64,000 bases of DNA, taken from positions 59,599 to 123,598 of the forward strand of contig JBLLJR010000003.1 in assembly GCA_047692235.1 (NCBI GenBank). The letters run 5' to 3'. The position numbers and the translations under genes are program-made. This DNA comes from Enterobacterales bacterium. GTDB taxonomy: Bacteria > Pseudomonadota > Gammaproteobacteria > Enterobacterales > Enterobacteriaceae. How positions within the stretch are numbered: position 1 is the first letter of the stretch; each line of letters starts with the position of its first letter. Below the pieces are notes generated by a model. It ran no database searches, had not been told where the DNA came from, and worked only from the letters and a program-made list of their open reading frames with translations. Below are positions 22,249 through 32,924 of the stretch, in pieces.

Positions 22249-23418
22249 ATGAATTTACATGAATATCAATCTAAATATCTACTTAACAAGTATAGTGTAC
22301 CAATACCTAAAGGATATATTTGTAGTAATATTAAAAATATAGATTTTATTTTATCTAAATTTAATTATCCTTTAGTAGTTAAATGTCAAATTCATTCAGG
22401 TGGAAGAGGTAAATCTGGAGGTATAAAATTAATTAAATCAAAAAACGATGTTTTTAAGTATATTGAATATTGGAAACTAAATAAATTAATAACAAATCAA
22501 AATAAACCTAATGGACAAACTGTTAAATATTTTTTAATAGAAGAATCTATAAGTGTAAATAAAGAATTATATTTAAGTATAGTAATAGATAGAAATAATA
22601 GTCGTATTATATGTATATCTTCATCTAAAGGTGGCATACATGTTGAGTCACTATCTAGTGATAGTGATAAATACATTAATATTATTGAAATAGATCCGTT
22701 AATTGGAGCTCAAGAATATCAAGGACGTATTATAGCTTATAAATTAGGATTATATGGCCATCAAATATCTCAATTTAATAAAATTTTTATTGGTATATCT
22801 AAATTATTATTTGATTATGATTTATCTTTAATAGAAATAAATCCATTAGCTATCACTAAATCTATGAATCTTATATGTTTAGATGCTAAAATTAGTGTTG
22901 ATGATAATTCTTTATTTCGTCAACCTGAATTATCTAAAATGAGAGATAATAGTCAAGTAGATAATTATGAATCTTATGCTATTAATTATGGACTTAATTA
23001 TGTTTCTTTAAATGGTTATATCGGTTGTATAGTTAATGGTGCTGGGTTAGCTATGGCTACTATGGATATAATTAAATTATATGGCGGTGAACCTGCTAAT
23101 TTTTTAGATATAGGAGGTAATGCTTCTCAGAATTGTATTCTGAAAGCTTTAAAAATAATTTTATATGATAAAAAAGTAAAGTCAATTTTAATTAATATTT
23201 TTGGTGGCATTGTAAGATGTGATTTAATGGCTAATGGTATTGTTATAGCTATTTCAAAATTAAATATTAATATTCCTGTAATAGTACGATTAAATGGTAA
23301 CATGTCAGATCTTGGTAATAAAATTTTATCTAATAGTAAATTAAATATAATTTCATACTCTAATTTAACTGATGCTGTTAAATATACTATTAATATTAGT
23401 AAAAAAAGAGAAAATTAA
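22249..23418 (+). CDS. sucC: succinyl-CoA synthetase beta subunit
   Basis: 389-aa ORF. The N-terminus MNLHEYQSK is as in E. coli SucC, and the ATP-grasp blocks are present. Confidence 0.94.
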   Translation: MNLHEYQSKYLLNKYSVPIPKGYICSNIKNIDFILSKFNYPLVVKCQIHSGGRGKSGGIKLIKSKNDVFKYIEYWKLNKLITNQNKPNGQTVKYFLIEESISVNKELYLSIVIDRNNSRIICISSSKGGIHVESLSSDSDKYINIIEIDPLIGAQEYQGRIIAYKLGLYGHQISQFNKIFIGISKLLFDYDLSLIEINPLAITKSMNLICLDAKISVDDNSLFRQPELSKMRDNSQVDNYESYAINYGLNYVSLNGYIGCIVNGAGLAMATMDIIKLYGGEPANFLDIGGNASQNCILKALKIILYDKKVKSILINIFGGIVRCDLMANGIVIAISKLNINIPVIVRLNGNMSDLGNKILSNSKLNIISYSNLTDAVKYTINISKKREN

Positions 23419-23419
23419 A

Positions 23420-24289
23420 ATGTCAATTTTAATCAATAAAAATACTAAAGTTATTTGTCAAGGATTTACTGGTTTTCAAGGTACTTTCCATTCTAAAGAA
23501 TCATTAAATTATGGCACAAATCTTGTTGGAGGAGTAACTCCTGGTAAAGGAGGGCAAAAACATTTAAATTTACCTGTTTTCAATACTGTGAAAGAAGCTG
23601 TTAAATTTACTAATGCTACAGCATCAGCAATATACGTCCCTGCTATCTTTTGCAAAGATGCTATTTTAGAAGCTATTGATGCCAATATTAAATTGATTGT
23701 ATGTATTACAGAAGGAATACCTATTATGGATATGTTAGTAATCAAACATAAACTTAAACATACTAATACTGTCATGATAGGACCAAATTGTCCTGGAATT
23801 ATTACTCCTGAAGAATGTAAAATTGGTATAATGCCAAATTATATTCATAAAAAAGGATCTATTGGAGTTGTATCACGATCCGGCACTTTAACATATGAAG
23901 CAGTACAACAAATTACAAATGTTGGTTTAGGTCAATCAACATGCATTGGAATTGGTGGCGATCCTATTCAAGGATCAAATTTTATTGATATTATAAAACT
24001 TTTTGAAAAAGATAATAAGACCAAAGTAATAGTTATGATTGGAGAAATAGGGGGTAATGCAGAAGAAAATGCTGCTTTATACATTAATAAACATGTTACT
24101 AAACCTGTTGTAAGTTATATTGCGGGTATAACTGCGCCTAAAAATAAAAGAATGGGTCATGCTGGCGCATTTATTTCAAAAGAAAGTGAAACTGCTTACA
24201 AAAAAATCTTAAAATTAAAACAATTTAATATTAATATTGTTGAAAATATGAATAACATAGGAAATACTGTTTTATCTTTAATAAGATAA
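23420..24289 (+). CDS. sucD: succinyl-CoA synthetase alpha subunit
   Basis: Start set at ATG 23420 ([18 protein letters not shown]), matching the E. coli SucD N-terminus. SRSGTLTYE and the phospho-His block MGHAGA are present. Confidence 0.95.
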   Translation: MSILINKNTKVICQGFTGFQGTFHSKESLNYGTNLVGGVTPGKGGQKHLNLPVFNTVKEAVKFTNATASAIYVPAIFCKDAILEAIDANIKLIVCITEGIPIMDMLVIKHKLKHTNTVMIGPNCPGIITPEECKIGIMPNYIHKKGSIGVVSRSGTLTYEAVQQITNVGLGQSTCIGIGGDPIQGSNFIDIIKLFEKDNKTKVIVMIGEIGGNAEENAALYINKHVTKPVVSYIAGITAPKNKRMGHAGAFISKESETAYKKILKLKQFNINIVENMNNIGNTVLSLIR

Positions 24290-24350
24290 ATTTTTTATAA
24301 AATATTAAATTACTCTTATTAACATAAGTAAAATTAAACATATATAAATT

Positions 24351-24424
24351 CGGTGCGGACGGGATTCGAACCCGTGACCTCCGGCGTGACAGGCCGATAT
24401 TCTAACCGACTGAACTACCGCACC
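24351..24424 (-). tRNA. aspV: tRNA-Asp (anticodon GTC)
   Basis: The minus strand reads GGTGCGG-TA-GTTC-AGTCGGTTA-GAAT-A-TCGGC-CTGTCAC-GCCGG-AGGTC-ACGGG-TTCGAAT-CCCGT-CCGCACC-G. This is a full cloverleaf with the same architecture as E. coli tRNA-Asp. No CCA is encoded. It lies downstream of dnaQ, as aspV does in E. coli. Confidence 0.95.
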
Positions 24425-24513
24425 CTATTTTCATGCGAATATTAAATTATATATTAAATATATAATTTAAGTCAACATTTTGTGTTATATATTTCTGTAT
24501 AAAATTATATTTT

Positions 24514-25233
24514 TTAAAATATTTGTTTATCTTCAAAGTTTACTAATTTTAACCATTTTTTGTGTAAATATATTTCCTCTTCATTAGCTTTAATTATTTT
24601 TAATAATGATTTTTTAATTTTTTGTTTTTTATTAATTTCTATATTTTTATATAAATTATTTGTTTTATCATTTGTTTGTGATAAAAATTTAAGTGAAGTT
24701 TGCCCACCTGTCATATGTAAATATACATTAGCTAATAAAGTTGCATCCATCAAAGCTCCATGTAATTTACGATCGTTAATATTAATCATATAACGTTTGC
24801 ATAATGCATTAAGATTATTTCTTTTACCTGGAAAAATTTTTCTTGCCAATTTTAAACTATCTATTATTTTACATAAAGAAGATATTTTATTTGTCTTGAT
24901 TTTAAGTTTTTTTATTTCATAATCTATGAAACTGATATCAAATGCAGCATTATGAATAATTAATTCACTATCTTTTATAAAATTTATAAATTTATCAAAT
25001 ATATCACAAAATTTAGGTTTATTTAATAAAAATTCATTACTAATTCCATGTATTTTAAATGCTTCTGGATCTATTAATCTATTTGGTTTTAAATAAACAT
25101 GAAACTTTTCATCAGTAATTATTCTTTTTTTAATTACAACAGCGCCTATTTCTATTATATTATGTCCTTCATAAATGAGACCAAATTTATTAAAACCAGT
25201 AGTTTCTGTATCTAAAACAATTTGTTTTTTCAT
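24514..25233 (-). CDS. dnaQ: DNA polymerase III epsilon (proofreading) subunit
   Basis: 239-aa ORF with Exo I VLDTETTG, Exo II HNAAFD and Exo III HGALMDATLLANVY. Confidence 0.93.
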   Translation of the reverse strand: MKKQIVLDTETTGFNKFGLIYEGHNIIEIGAVVIKKRIITDEKFHVYLKPNRLIDPEAFKIHGISNEFLLNKPKFCDIFDKFINFIKDSELIIHNAAFDISFIDYEIKKLKIKTNKISSLCKIIDSLKLARKIFPGKRNNLNALCKRYMININDRKLHGALMDATLLANVYLHMTGGQTSLKFLSQTNDKTNNLYKNIEINKKQKIKKSLLKIIKANEEEIYLHKKWLKLVNFEDKQIF

Positions 25234-25311
25234 AATAATTTGATTAATATTAACTTTTAATATATAAATTTAATTTAAAAATAATAATAACATAAACTTA
25301 ATAAGTTATAT

Positions 25312-25761
25312 ATGACTAATAAAATTAAAATTTTTACCGATGGATCATGCATAAATAATCCAGGACCCGGAGGTTATGGGGCTATATTAAAATATGGTAA
25401 ATATGAACAATTACTTTCAGCTGGATATAAACTTACAACTAACAATCGTATGGAATTAATGGCTATTATATCCGCAATATCTTATTTAAAGTATAAATAT
25501 GAAATTACTTTAATAACAGATAGTAAATATGTATATAGTGGAGTAACAAAATGGATTATAAATTGGAAAAAATTAGGATGGAAAAATCAAAACAAAAAAA
25601 GAATAAAAAATTTTGATTTATGGATAAATCTTGATTTATTAATCAATAAACATATTATAATATGGAATTGGGTAAAAGGACATTCAGGTAATATATATAA
25701 TGAAAGATGTCATAAATTAGCTTATATTGCAGCTTTAAACCCTATGTTTAATGATATTTAA
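25312..25761 (+). CDS. rnhA: ribonuclease HI
   Basis: 149-aa ORF whose residue numbering coincides with E. coli RNase HI. D10, E48, D70 and H124 are present, and position 134 is His (CAT 25711-25713). It is divergent from dnaQ, as in E. coli. Confidence 0.92.
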   Translation: MTNKIKIFTDGSCINNPGPGGYGAILKYGKYEQLLSAGYKLTTNNRMELMAIISAISYLKYKYEITLITDSKYVYSGVTKWIINWKKLGWKNQNKKRIKNFDLWINLDLLINKHIIIWNWVKGHSGNIYNERCHKLAYIAALNPMFNDI

Positions 25762-25792
25762 TATTACTAATATTGAAAAATTATTAATTATT

Positions 25793-26560
25793 ATGAAAAT
25801 TATCCAAATACCTTCATTAAAAGATAATTATATTTGGATCTTATATAATGAAAACAGAGAATGCTTAATTGTTGATCCAGGAAATTCTGAAGTTGTTATA
25901 AAAAATTTAATTAATTTTAAATTAATTCCTATCGCAATTTTTTTAACACATCATCATTGCGATCATATTAATGGAGTACAAAATATAGTAAAATTTTATA
26001 AAAATCAAATATTTATTTATGGTCCTAAAGAAATTTTAAATATACATAATGTAAATCTTCATATAGTACACGAAGGATGTTATATAAATGTATTGAATAT
26101 AAATTTTAAAGTTTTAAATTTACCAGGACATACTAAAAATCATATAGGATTTTATAGTAAGCCGTGGTTATTTTGTGGTGATGTTCTATTTTCTGCAGGA
26201 TGTGGTCGTATAATAGAAGGTACATCTGTACAAATGTTTAATTCAATAAAAAAAATTTATAATCTTCCTTTAAATACTATAATTTGTATCGCCCACGAAT
26301 ATACTTTACAAAATTTAAATTTTGCTTTAACTATTTTGCCTAATGATAAGGAAATCATCAATTACAAAAAACATGTTAATTTTTTATTATCAAATAATAA
26401 ATTAATTTTTCCAATATTCTTACATGTAGAATATAAAGTAAATATATTCTTAAGAATAAATGATATTTCTTTACAAGAAAAATTAAATATAAATAAAAAC
26501 ACTTCGAATATCGAATTTAAAATATTTAAATATTTACGTTATTTAAAAGATAAATTTTAA
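25793..26560 (+). CDS. gloB: hydroxyacylglutathione hydrolase (glyoxalase II)
   Basis: Start moved to ATG 25793 (MKIIQIPSLKDNYIW) by alignment. THHHCDH (HxHxDH), PGHT and AHEYT blocks are present. Confidence 0.88.
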   Translation: MKIIQIPSLKDNYIWILYNENRECLIVDPGNSEVVIKNLINFKLIPIAIFLTHHHCDHINGVQNIVKFYKNQIFIYGPKEILNIHNVNLHIVHEGCYINVLNINFKVLNLPGHTKNHIGFYSKPWLFCGDVLFSAGCGRIIEGTSVQMFNSIKKIYNLPLNTIICIAHEYTLQNLNFALTILPNDKEIINYKKHVNFLLSNNKLIFPIFLHVEYKVNIFLRINDISLQEKLNINKNTSNIEFKIFKYLRYLKDKF

Positions 26561-26566
26561 ATAAAA

Positions 26567-27358
26567 TTATTTATTTTTATTAATAAAATTTATTTTATTT
26601 AAAATAATATTAACGATATTTGGATTACCTATTATAATTATATTATCTTTTGTGTTATTAATATTTTCATTTAAATAAATGTATAATCCACCAGATTCTT
26701 TAATTAAGAGTTCACCACTATAAAAATTAGACTTAATGTTAATTTTTTTAAGACCGCAATCTATACGTCCAGCAGCTATATACGCTAAATCTAATGCTGA
26801 CGATCCTGTATAACGAAAACTATTACATTCCACAATTAATTTATTTAATATTTTTTCATATTTATAATCTTCTTTGTTTTTATATATATTTTTAAATGAA
26901 TTACTAATTGAAATAATTGCATTTTCTAAATTTTTATCTTTACTACATCTTAATCGATATTCATTAAGTTTAGCATTTTCTCCTCTTACTGCAGTAAATA
27001 ATTCATCATGTATAGGATCATATATAACAGCAATTTCTATTTTATTTTTTATAATCACAGCTATAGAAATTGCAAAATATGGATAATGTTTTATAAAATT
27101 AATCATTCCATCTAATATTTCAATTATCCATATATTTGATCGCGTAGTATTAAATATGTTATTTTTATTTTTAAAATATATATAATCATTCGGATAGAAT
27201 CTATTTATTTCATCAATAAAAATACATTCCATTTTATTATACATTTTTTGTATAAATTCACTTGTTTTATTATATTCATATAGATTATAATATTTTACTA
27301 TAGCATTACCAGCAGTTCTAATAATGTGTACAGCTATGTTTAATAAAGGACTATTCAT
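26567..27358 (-). CDS. suhB: SuhB-family protein (inositol monophosphatase fold, catalytic motifs degraded)
   Basis: 263-aa ORF colinear with E. coli SuhB (LLNIAVHIIRTAGN, FAISIAV, VIYDP..ELFTAVRG, GSSALDLAYIAAGR). The metal-ligand motifs are altered; see findings. Confidence 0.85.
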   Translation of the reverse strand: MNSPLLNIAVHIIRTAGNAIVKYYNLYEYNKTSEFIQKMYNKMECIFIDEINRFYPNDYIYFKNKNNIFNTTRSNIWIIEILDGMINFIKHYPYFAISIAVIIKNKIEIAVIYDPIHDELFTAVRGENAKLNEYRLRCSKDKNLENAIISISNSFKNIYKNKEDYKYEKILNKLIVECNSFRYTGSSALDLAYIAAGRIDCGLKKINIKSNFYSGELLIKESGGLYIYLNENINNTKDNIIIIGNPNIVNIILNKINFINKNK

Positions 27359-27599
27359 ATAATTTACTGTTTATTGTTGAATTATTTAATAAAAAGAACT
27401 TTTATTAAAAGTTTATATGTAAAGTATTAATACATTTTAAAAAAAATTTTTAATTTATCAATATAATTTATTTATGTTAACATAATATTAAATTTTTTTA
27501 TATACAAATTATAAATGTAATAATTTTTATATATTAAATATACAAAAAATTCTATATAAAATAAAAACTAAAATAAAATTACAATATAAGAAATTTTTT

Positions 27600-28748
27600 A
27601 TGAAATTACCTATTTATTTTGATTACTCTGCAACTACGCCAGTTGATAAAAGAGTATATGAAAAAATGATTCAATATCTTACTATTGATGGAATGTTTGG
27701 AAATCCTTCTGTGAAATCACATAAATATGGATGGGATGCAGAAGAAGCTGTAGATAATGCTAGAAATTATGTTGCTAATTTGTTTAATGCAGATCTTAAT
27801 GAAATAATTTTTACTTCAGGTGCAACTGAATCTAATAATTTAGCTATTAAAGGTATCGCTCATGCTTTACGAAATAAAGGTAATCATATAATTACAGGTG
27901 AAACTGAACATAAATCAGTATTAGATACTTGTAAAATATTACATCAAGAAGGATTTAATTTAACTATATTGTCACCTAAAAAAAATGGTATTATATATCC
28001 AGAACAATTAGAAAGTGCTTTTCGTCCTGATACTATTTTGACATCATTAATGCATGTAAATAATGAAATAGGTATTATACAAAATATAAAAGAATTTGGT
28101 GAATTATGTAAAAATAACAATATAGTATTTCATGTAGATGCCACACAAAGTGCAGGAAAATTATTAATTGATTTAAAAAAATTAAAAATAGATTTAATGT
28201 CATTTAGCGCACATAAATTATATGGTCCAAAAGGTATAGGTGGTTTATTTGTAAGAAATAAAAATTACATAAAAATAGAAACTCAGATTCATGGGGGGGG
28301 ACAAGAATTTGGATTAAGATCTGGTACACTACCTGTTCATCAAATTGTTGGTATGGGTGAATCATATCGTATAGCTAAAGAAGAGTTACATTCTGAAGCA
28401 TTACGTTTAAGAAAATTACGTAAAATTTTATTTTTAGGTTTAAGTAATATTGGTGGAATATATATTAATGGTAATTTAAATTGTAGCGTTCCAACAATAC
28501 TTAATCTTTTTTTTAGCGAAATTGATAATGCAGCTTTAATATTAGCTATTAAAGATTTAGCTGTATCATTTGGTTCTGCATGTATATCAAATAATAACAA
28601 ATCTCATGTTTTACAAGCTATAGGATTAGATGATAATCAAATTAGTAATTCTATACGTTTTTCTTTAGGTAGATTTACGACAATAGAAGAAATAACGTAT
28701 GCGATACGCAAGATTCAAGATACAATTTTATTTTTTAGAAATAATTAA
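27600..28748 (+). CDS. iscS: cysteine desulfurase IscS (C-terminus shortened)
   Basis: 382-aa ORF with the PLP lysine block [14 protein letters not shown], the catalytic Cys loop FGSACIS and RFSLGRFTT. It ends 21 residues after that block, whereas E. coli continues for 42. Confidence 0.92.
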   Translation: MKLPIYFDYSATTPVDKRVYEKMIQYLTIDGMFGNPSVKSHKYGWDAEEAVDNARNYVANLFNADLNEIIFTSGATESNNLAIKGIAHALRNKGNHIITGETEHKSVLDTCKILHQEGFNLTILSPKKNGIIYPEQLESAFRPDTILTSLMHVNNEIGIIQNIKEFGELCKNNNIVFHVDATQSAGKLLIDLKKLKIDLMSFSAHKLYGPKGIGGLFVRNKNYIKIETQIHGGGQEFGLRSGTLPVHQIVGMGESYRIAKEELHSEALRLRKLRKILFLGLSNIGGIYINGNLNCSVPTILNLFFSEIDNAALILAIKDLAVSFGSACISNNNKSHVLQAIGLDDNQISNSIRFSLGRFTTIEEITYAIRKIQDTILFFRNN

Positions 28749-28788
28749 ATATATTTATTTTATTAAATAAATTTTATAAAGGAATTTT

Positions 28789-29229
28789 ATGAAAATTGAG
28801 AGAACATTATCGATCATAAAACCAAATGCAGTTGCTAATAATATAATAGGGAATATAATTAGTCGTTTTGAATCTGCTGGTCTTAATATTGTTAATATCA
28901 AAATGTTACATTTAAAAAAAATTGAAGCTAAAGAATTTTATGCAGAACATAAAAATAAACTATTTTTTAAAAATTTAATAAAATTTATTATATCTGGACC
29001 TATATTAGTGCAAATTTTAGAAGGTCAAAATGCTATAAATATTAATAGAAAAATAATTGGTGCTACAAATCCAAAATACGCACTTCCTGGAACTATACGT
29101 TTTGATTATGCTAAAAATATTATTGAAAATTCTGTTCATGGATCTTCTTCGCCAGAATCTGCTTTTAGAGAAATTAACTATTTTTTTGGATCAGATAAAA
29201 TTTATAAACGTAATTATTTAAATAATTGA
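28789..29229 (+). CDS. ndk: nucleoside diphosphate kinase
   Basis: 146-aa ORF with [12 protein letters not shown] at the N-terminus and the active-site His block NSVHGS. Confidence 0.93.
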   Translation: MKIERTLSIIKPNAVANNIIGNIISRFESAGLNIVNIKMLHLKKIEAKEFYAEHKNKLFFKNLIKFIISGPILVQILEGQNAININRKIIGATNPKYALPGTIRFDYAKNIIENSVHGSSSPESAFREINYFFGSDKIYKRNYLNN

Positions 29230-29291
29230 ATATTTATTTATTATATTTAAACTGTATATTTATTTATCAATTAATATGAATTATAAAAATT

Positions 29292-30392
29292 ATGATTTTA
29301 ACTAATAAAAAAATTAATTTACTTAATATGAATCAAAAAAAGATGAAAGATTTTTTTATTTCTTTAGGTGAAAAACCATTTTTAGCAAATCAAATAATGA
29401 AATGGATTTATCATTACAATTGTGTTGATTTTAATAAAATGACTAATATTAAAAAATCTTTGCGTCAATATTTGATACAAAATACAAATATTTATGCACC
29501 AGATATAATACAAAAAAAACATTCTTTAGATGGAACAATTAAATTTATATTTAAAATAGAAAATCAATATATTGAAAGTGTATATATTCCTGAAAAAAAT
29601 CGGTCTACTTTATGTGTTTCATCTCAAATTGGATGTTCTTTAAAATGTACATTTTGTGCAACTGCTAAAAGTGGATTTAATAGAAATCTAACTACATCTG
29701 AAATTATAGGACAAGTTTTACAAATTTCTAAAATTATAAGTTATTTAAAAAAAAACAAAAATAAAAAATGTATTACTAATATAGTAATGATGGGCATGGG
29801 AGAACCTTTACTAAATTTAAATAATGTAATTCCAGCTATAGAAATTATGTTAGATAGCTATGGTTTTGGGTTATCTAAAAGATCTATTACAATATCGACA
29901 TCTGGTGTAATTCCAGCTATAGAAAAACTTAAATCAATGTTAGATGTAGTATTAGCTATATCTCTTCATGCTCCTAATGATAAAATTAGAAATGAAATTA
30001 TGCCAATAAATAAAAAATATAATATATATAATTTACTCAAAGTATCTAAAAAATATGTAAATAAATCTAAAGCTAATAAAGGTAAAATAACTATAGAATA
30101 TGTTATGTTAAAAAATGTAAATGACCAAAATAAACATGCATATCAATTAATAATATGTTTAAAAAACATTCCATGTAAAATTAATCTTATACCATGGAAT
30201 TCATTTCCAAATTCTTTATATCAATGCAGTTCTCATAATAGAATTATGAATTTTTATAATATATTAATTACAAATGGATTTATAACAACAATAAGAAAAA
30301 TAAGAGGAAATGATATTAATGCTGCTTGTGGACAATTATCTGGAAATTTAATAAATAGAATAAGAAATAAAAAATTAATAAGAATAATTTAA
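29292..30392 (+). CDS. rlmN: 23S rRNA / tRNA adenine-C2 methyltransferase (radical SAM)
   Basis: 366-aa ORF with the CSLKCTFCAT (CxxxCxxC) motif, MGMGEPLLNLNNV and AACGQL, colinear with E. coli RlmN. Confidence 0.93.
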   Translation: MILTNKKINLLNMNQKKMKDFFISLGEKPFLANQIMKWIYHYNCVDFNKMTNIKKSLRQYLIQNTNIYAPDIIQKKHSLDGTIKFIFKIENQYIESVYIPEKNRSTLCVSSQIGCSLKCTFCATAKSGFNRNLTTSEIIGQVLQISKIISYLKKNKNKKCITNIVMMGMGEPLLNLNNVIPAIEIMLDSYGFGLSKRSITISTSGVIPAIEKLKSMLDVVLAISLHAPNDKIRNEIMPINKKYNIYNLLKVSKKYVNKSKANKGKITIEYVMLKNVNDQNKHAYQLIICLKNIPCKINLIPWNSFPNSLYQCSSHNRIMNFYNILITNGFITTIRKIRGNDINAACGQLSGNLINRIRNKKLIRII

Positions 30393-30515
30393 TTTAATTA
30401 AATATATTAATATATATAACTTATTCAACAATATAAGTTGTTCATTTTTTAAAAAATAAAAAAATGTTAATATGATATTATTGTATTTATAAATAATAAT
30501 TTATAGGAAAATATT

Positions 30516-31615
30516 ATGGATTATAATAGAAGAAAATCTAAACTTATTTATGTTGGTAATGTTCCGATAGGAGGAAACTCCCCTATTACAGTACAATCAA
30601 TGACCAATACATGTACTATTGATGTTAAAAGTACTTTAAAACAAATTAAAGAATTAATAAAAGTAGGTGTAGATATTATTAGAGTATCGGTTCCTACTAT
30701 GGATGCAGCAGAATCTTTTAAGGAAATAAAAAAAAAACAAAAAATATACCTTTAGTAGCAGATATTCATTTTGATTATAGAATTGCATTAAAAGTTGCTG
30801 AATATGGCGCAGATTGTATAAGAATTAATCCTGGTAATATAGGCAATATATATAGAATTAAGACATTAATTAGCTGTGTAAAAGATAAAAATATTCCAAT
30901 AAGAATTGGTGTAAATTCTGGATCTTTAGAAAAAGATATTTTATTAAAATATAAAAAACCTACTGTTAAAGCTTTAATTGAATCAACTATGCGTCATGTA
31001 AATATATTTGAAAAATTTAATTTTGATCAATTTAAAGTAAGTATAAAATCATCAAATGTTTTAGATACAGTCAATGCATATAAAATTATTTCTAAACAAA
31101 TAGAACAACCATTACATTTAGGGATTACTGAAGCAGGTGGAATACGCAATGGTACAGTTAAATCTTCCATAGGTATTAGTATGTTGTTAAGTTGTGGAAT
31201 AGGAGATACCATTCGAATTTCATTAGCTGCAAATCCAACAGAAGAAGTAAAAGTTGGTTTTGATATTTTAAGAACATTAAATATACGTTATCATGGAATA
31301 AATTTTATTGCATGTCCTACGTGTTCTAGACAAGAATTTGATGTAATAAATGTAGTTAAAACTTTAGAAAAAAGATTATATGATGTTTCTGTACCAATGA
31401 ATATTTCTATAATTGGGTGTGTAGTAAATGGGCATGGGGAAGCAATAATGTCTAATATTGGTATTATCGGTGGTCATAATAAAAGTAGTTTTTATGAAAA
31501 TGGAATTCGTCAAAAACTATTTGATAATAATTCAATAGTTGATCAATTAGAATATCATATACGATCAAAAGTTGCTGAATTAAATAATAAAATACATATA
31601 AAATTTATAGAATAG
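30516..31615 (+). pseudogene. ispG: HMBPP synthase gene interrupted by one frameshift in a poly(A) tract (possibly still expressed by slippage)
   Basis: Two ORF pieces (30516-30755, then an open frame from 30722 to 31615) together are colinear with full-length E. coli IspG. The frames switch inside ATAAAAAAAAAACAAAAAAT (30726-30745). There is no other stop or indel. Confidence 0.9.
30728..30737 (+). repeat. A10 homopolymer at the ispG frameshift (followed by C, then A6)
   Basis: Counted directly: A at 30728-30737, C at 30738, A at 30739-30744. Confidence 0.95.
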
Positions 31616-31637
31616 CAATATAGGAAGAGAAACATTT

Positions 31638-32924
31638 ATGAGGAAAAGTATTCAATCAATTAGAGGTACTAATGATTATTTACCAAAAGATGTACTCTTA
31701 TGGCAAAAAACTGAAAAAATCTTAACAGATGTACTTTATAATTATTGTATTGAAGAAATACGTATTCCAGTTATTGAATATACTGAATTATTTACAAGAT
31801 CTATTGGAATCTCAAATGATGTAGTATGTAAAGAAATGTATACATTTTATGATAGAAGTAATAAAAAGATAACTTTAAGACCTGAAGGTACATCAGGTTG
31901 TATACGTGCATGTATTAAAAATGGGTTATTATACAATAAAGAACAACGTTTATGGTATATTGGTCCCATGTTTCGTTATGAACGCCCACAGAAAGGTAGA
32001 TATAGGCAATTTAATCAGTTAGGAGTGGAAATATTTGGAACAAAAAATCCTATTGTTGATGTAGATTTAATTATGTTAACAATTGAATGGTGGAAAAAAT
32101 TAAGAATTACAGATAATTTATTTTTAGAAATTAATTCTCTTGGTAATCTAGAATCTAGAATGAATTATAAAAAAGATTTAATAAAGTTTTTTTGTAAAAA
32201 TAAAAACTATTTGGATGAAAATACACAACAACATATATACACAAACCCAATTAGAATATTAGATTCTAAAAATGAAAAAACCAAATCATTACTTAATGAT
32301 GCTCCATCTATTATAAATTACTTAGACGATGAATCAAACATTTATTTTAATACTATATGTAAATATTTAAATAAACTTAAGGTTTCTTATGTAATTAATT
32401 CTAAATTAGTGCGTGGATTAGATTATTATAATAGTACTATATTTGAATGGAAAACTAATAATTTAGGATCACAAAAAACTGTTTGTGGCGGTGGTAGATA
32501 TGATAATTTAGTAAAATATCTTGGTGGTATCTCAACTCCAGCAGTTGGTTTAGCTATAGGATTAGATCGTTTAATGTTATTAATTAAACAAATAAATAAT
32601 AATTATTTAGATTCAACATATATTGATATATATATAATATGTACTAAATCTACTCAATCATATGCATTATTTTTATCACAAAATATTAGAAAAAAATTAA
32701 AAAATATTAGATTAATTCTTAATTATTATTCAAATTGTATAAAGAAACAAATTAAATTAGCGAATAAATATAATTCACGTGTTGTATTAATTTTAACTAA
32801 AGAACATATATTAAATGATTTAATTACAGTGAAAGATTTATCTACTAAAAATGAAGAAAATATTAAACAAAAAAATTTAATTAATAATTTAATTGAAAAA
32901 TTTGATAATAAATTAAATAATTAA
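31638..32924 (+). CDS. hisS: histidine--tRNA ligase
   Basis: 428-aa ORF with class II blocks (LRPEGT, RQFNQLGVE, GGGRYDNL), colinear with E. coli HisRS. Confidence 0.94.
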   Translation: MRKSIQSIRGTNDYLPKDVLLWQKTEKILTDVLYNYCIEEIRIPVIEYTELFTRSIGISNDVVCKEMYTFYDRSNKKITLRPEGTSGCIRACIKNGLLYNKEQRLWYIGPMFRYERPQKGRYRQFNQLGVEIFGTKNPIVDVDLIMLTIEWWKKLRITDNLFLEINSLGNLESRMNYKKDLIKFFCKNKNYLDENTQQHIYTNPIRILDSKNEKTKSLLNDAPSIINYLDDESNIYFNTICKYLNKLKVSYVINSKLVRGLDYYNSTIFEWKTNNLGSQKTVCGGGRYDNLVKYLGGISTPAVGLAIGLDRLMLLIKQINNNYLDSTYIDIYIICTKSTQSYALFLSQNIRKKLKNIRLILNYYSNCIKKQIKLANKYNSRVVLILTKEHILNDLITVKDLSTKNEENIKQKNLINNLIEKFDNKLNN

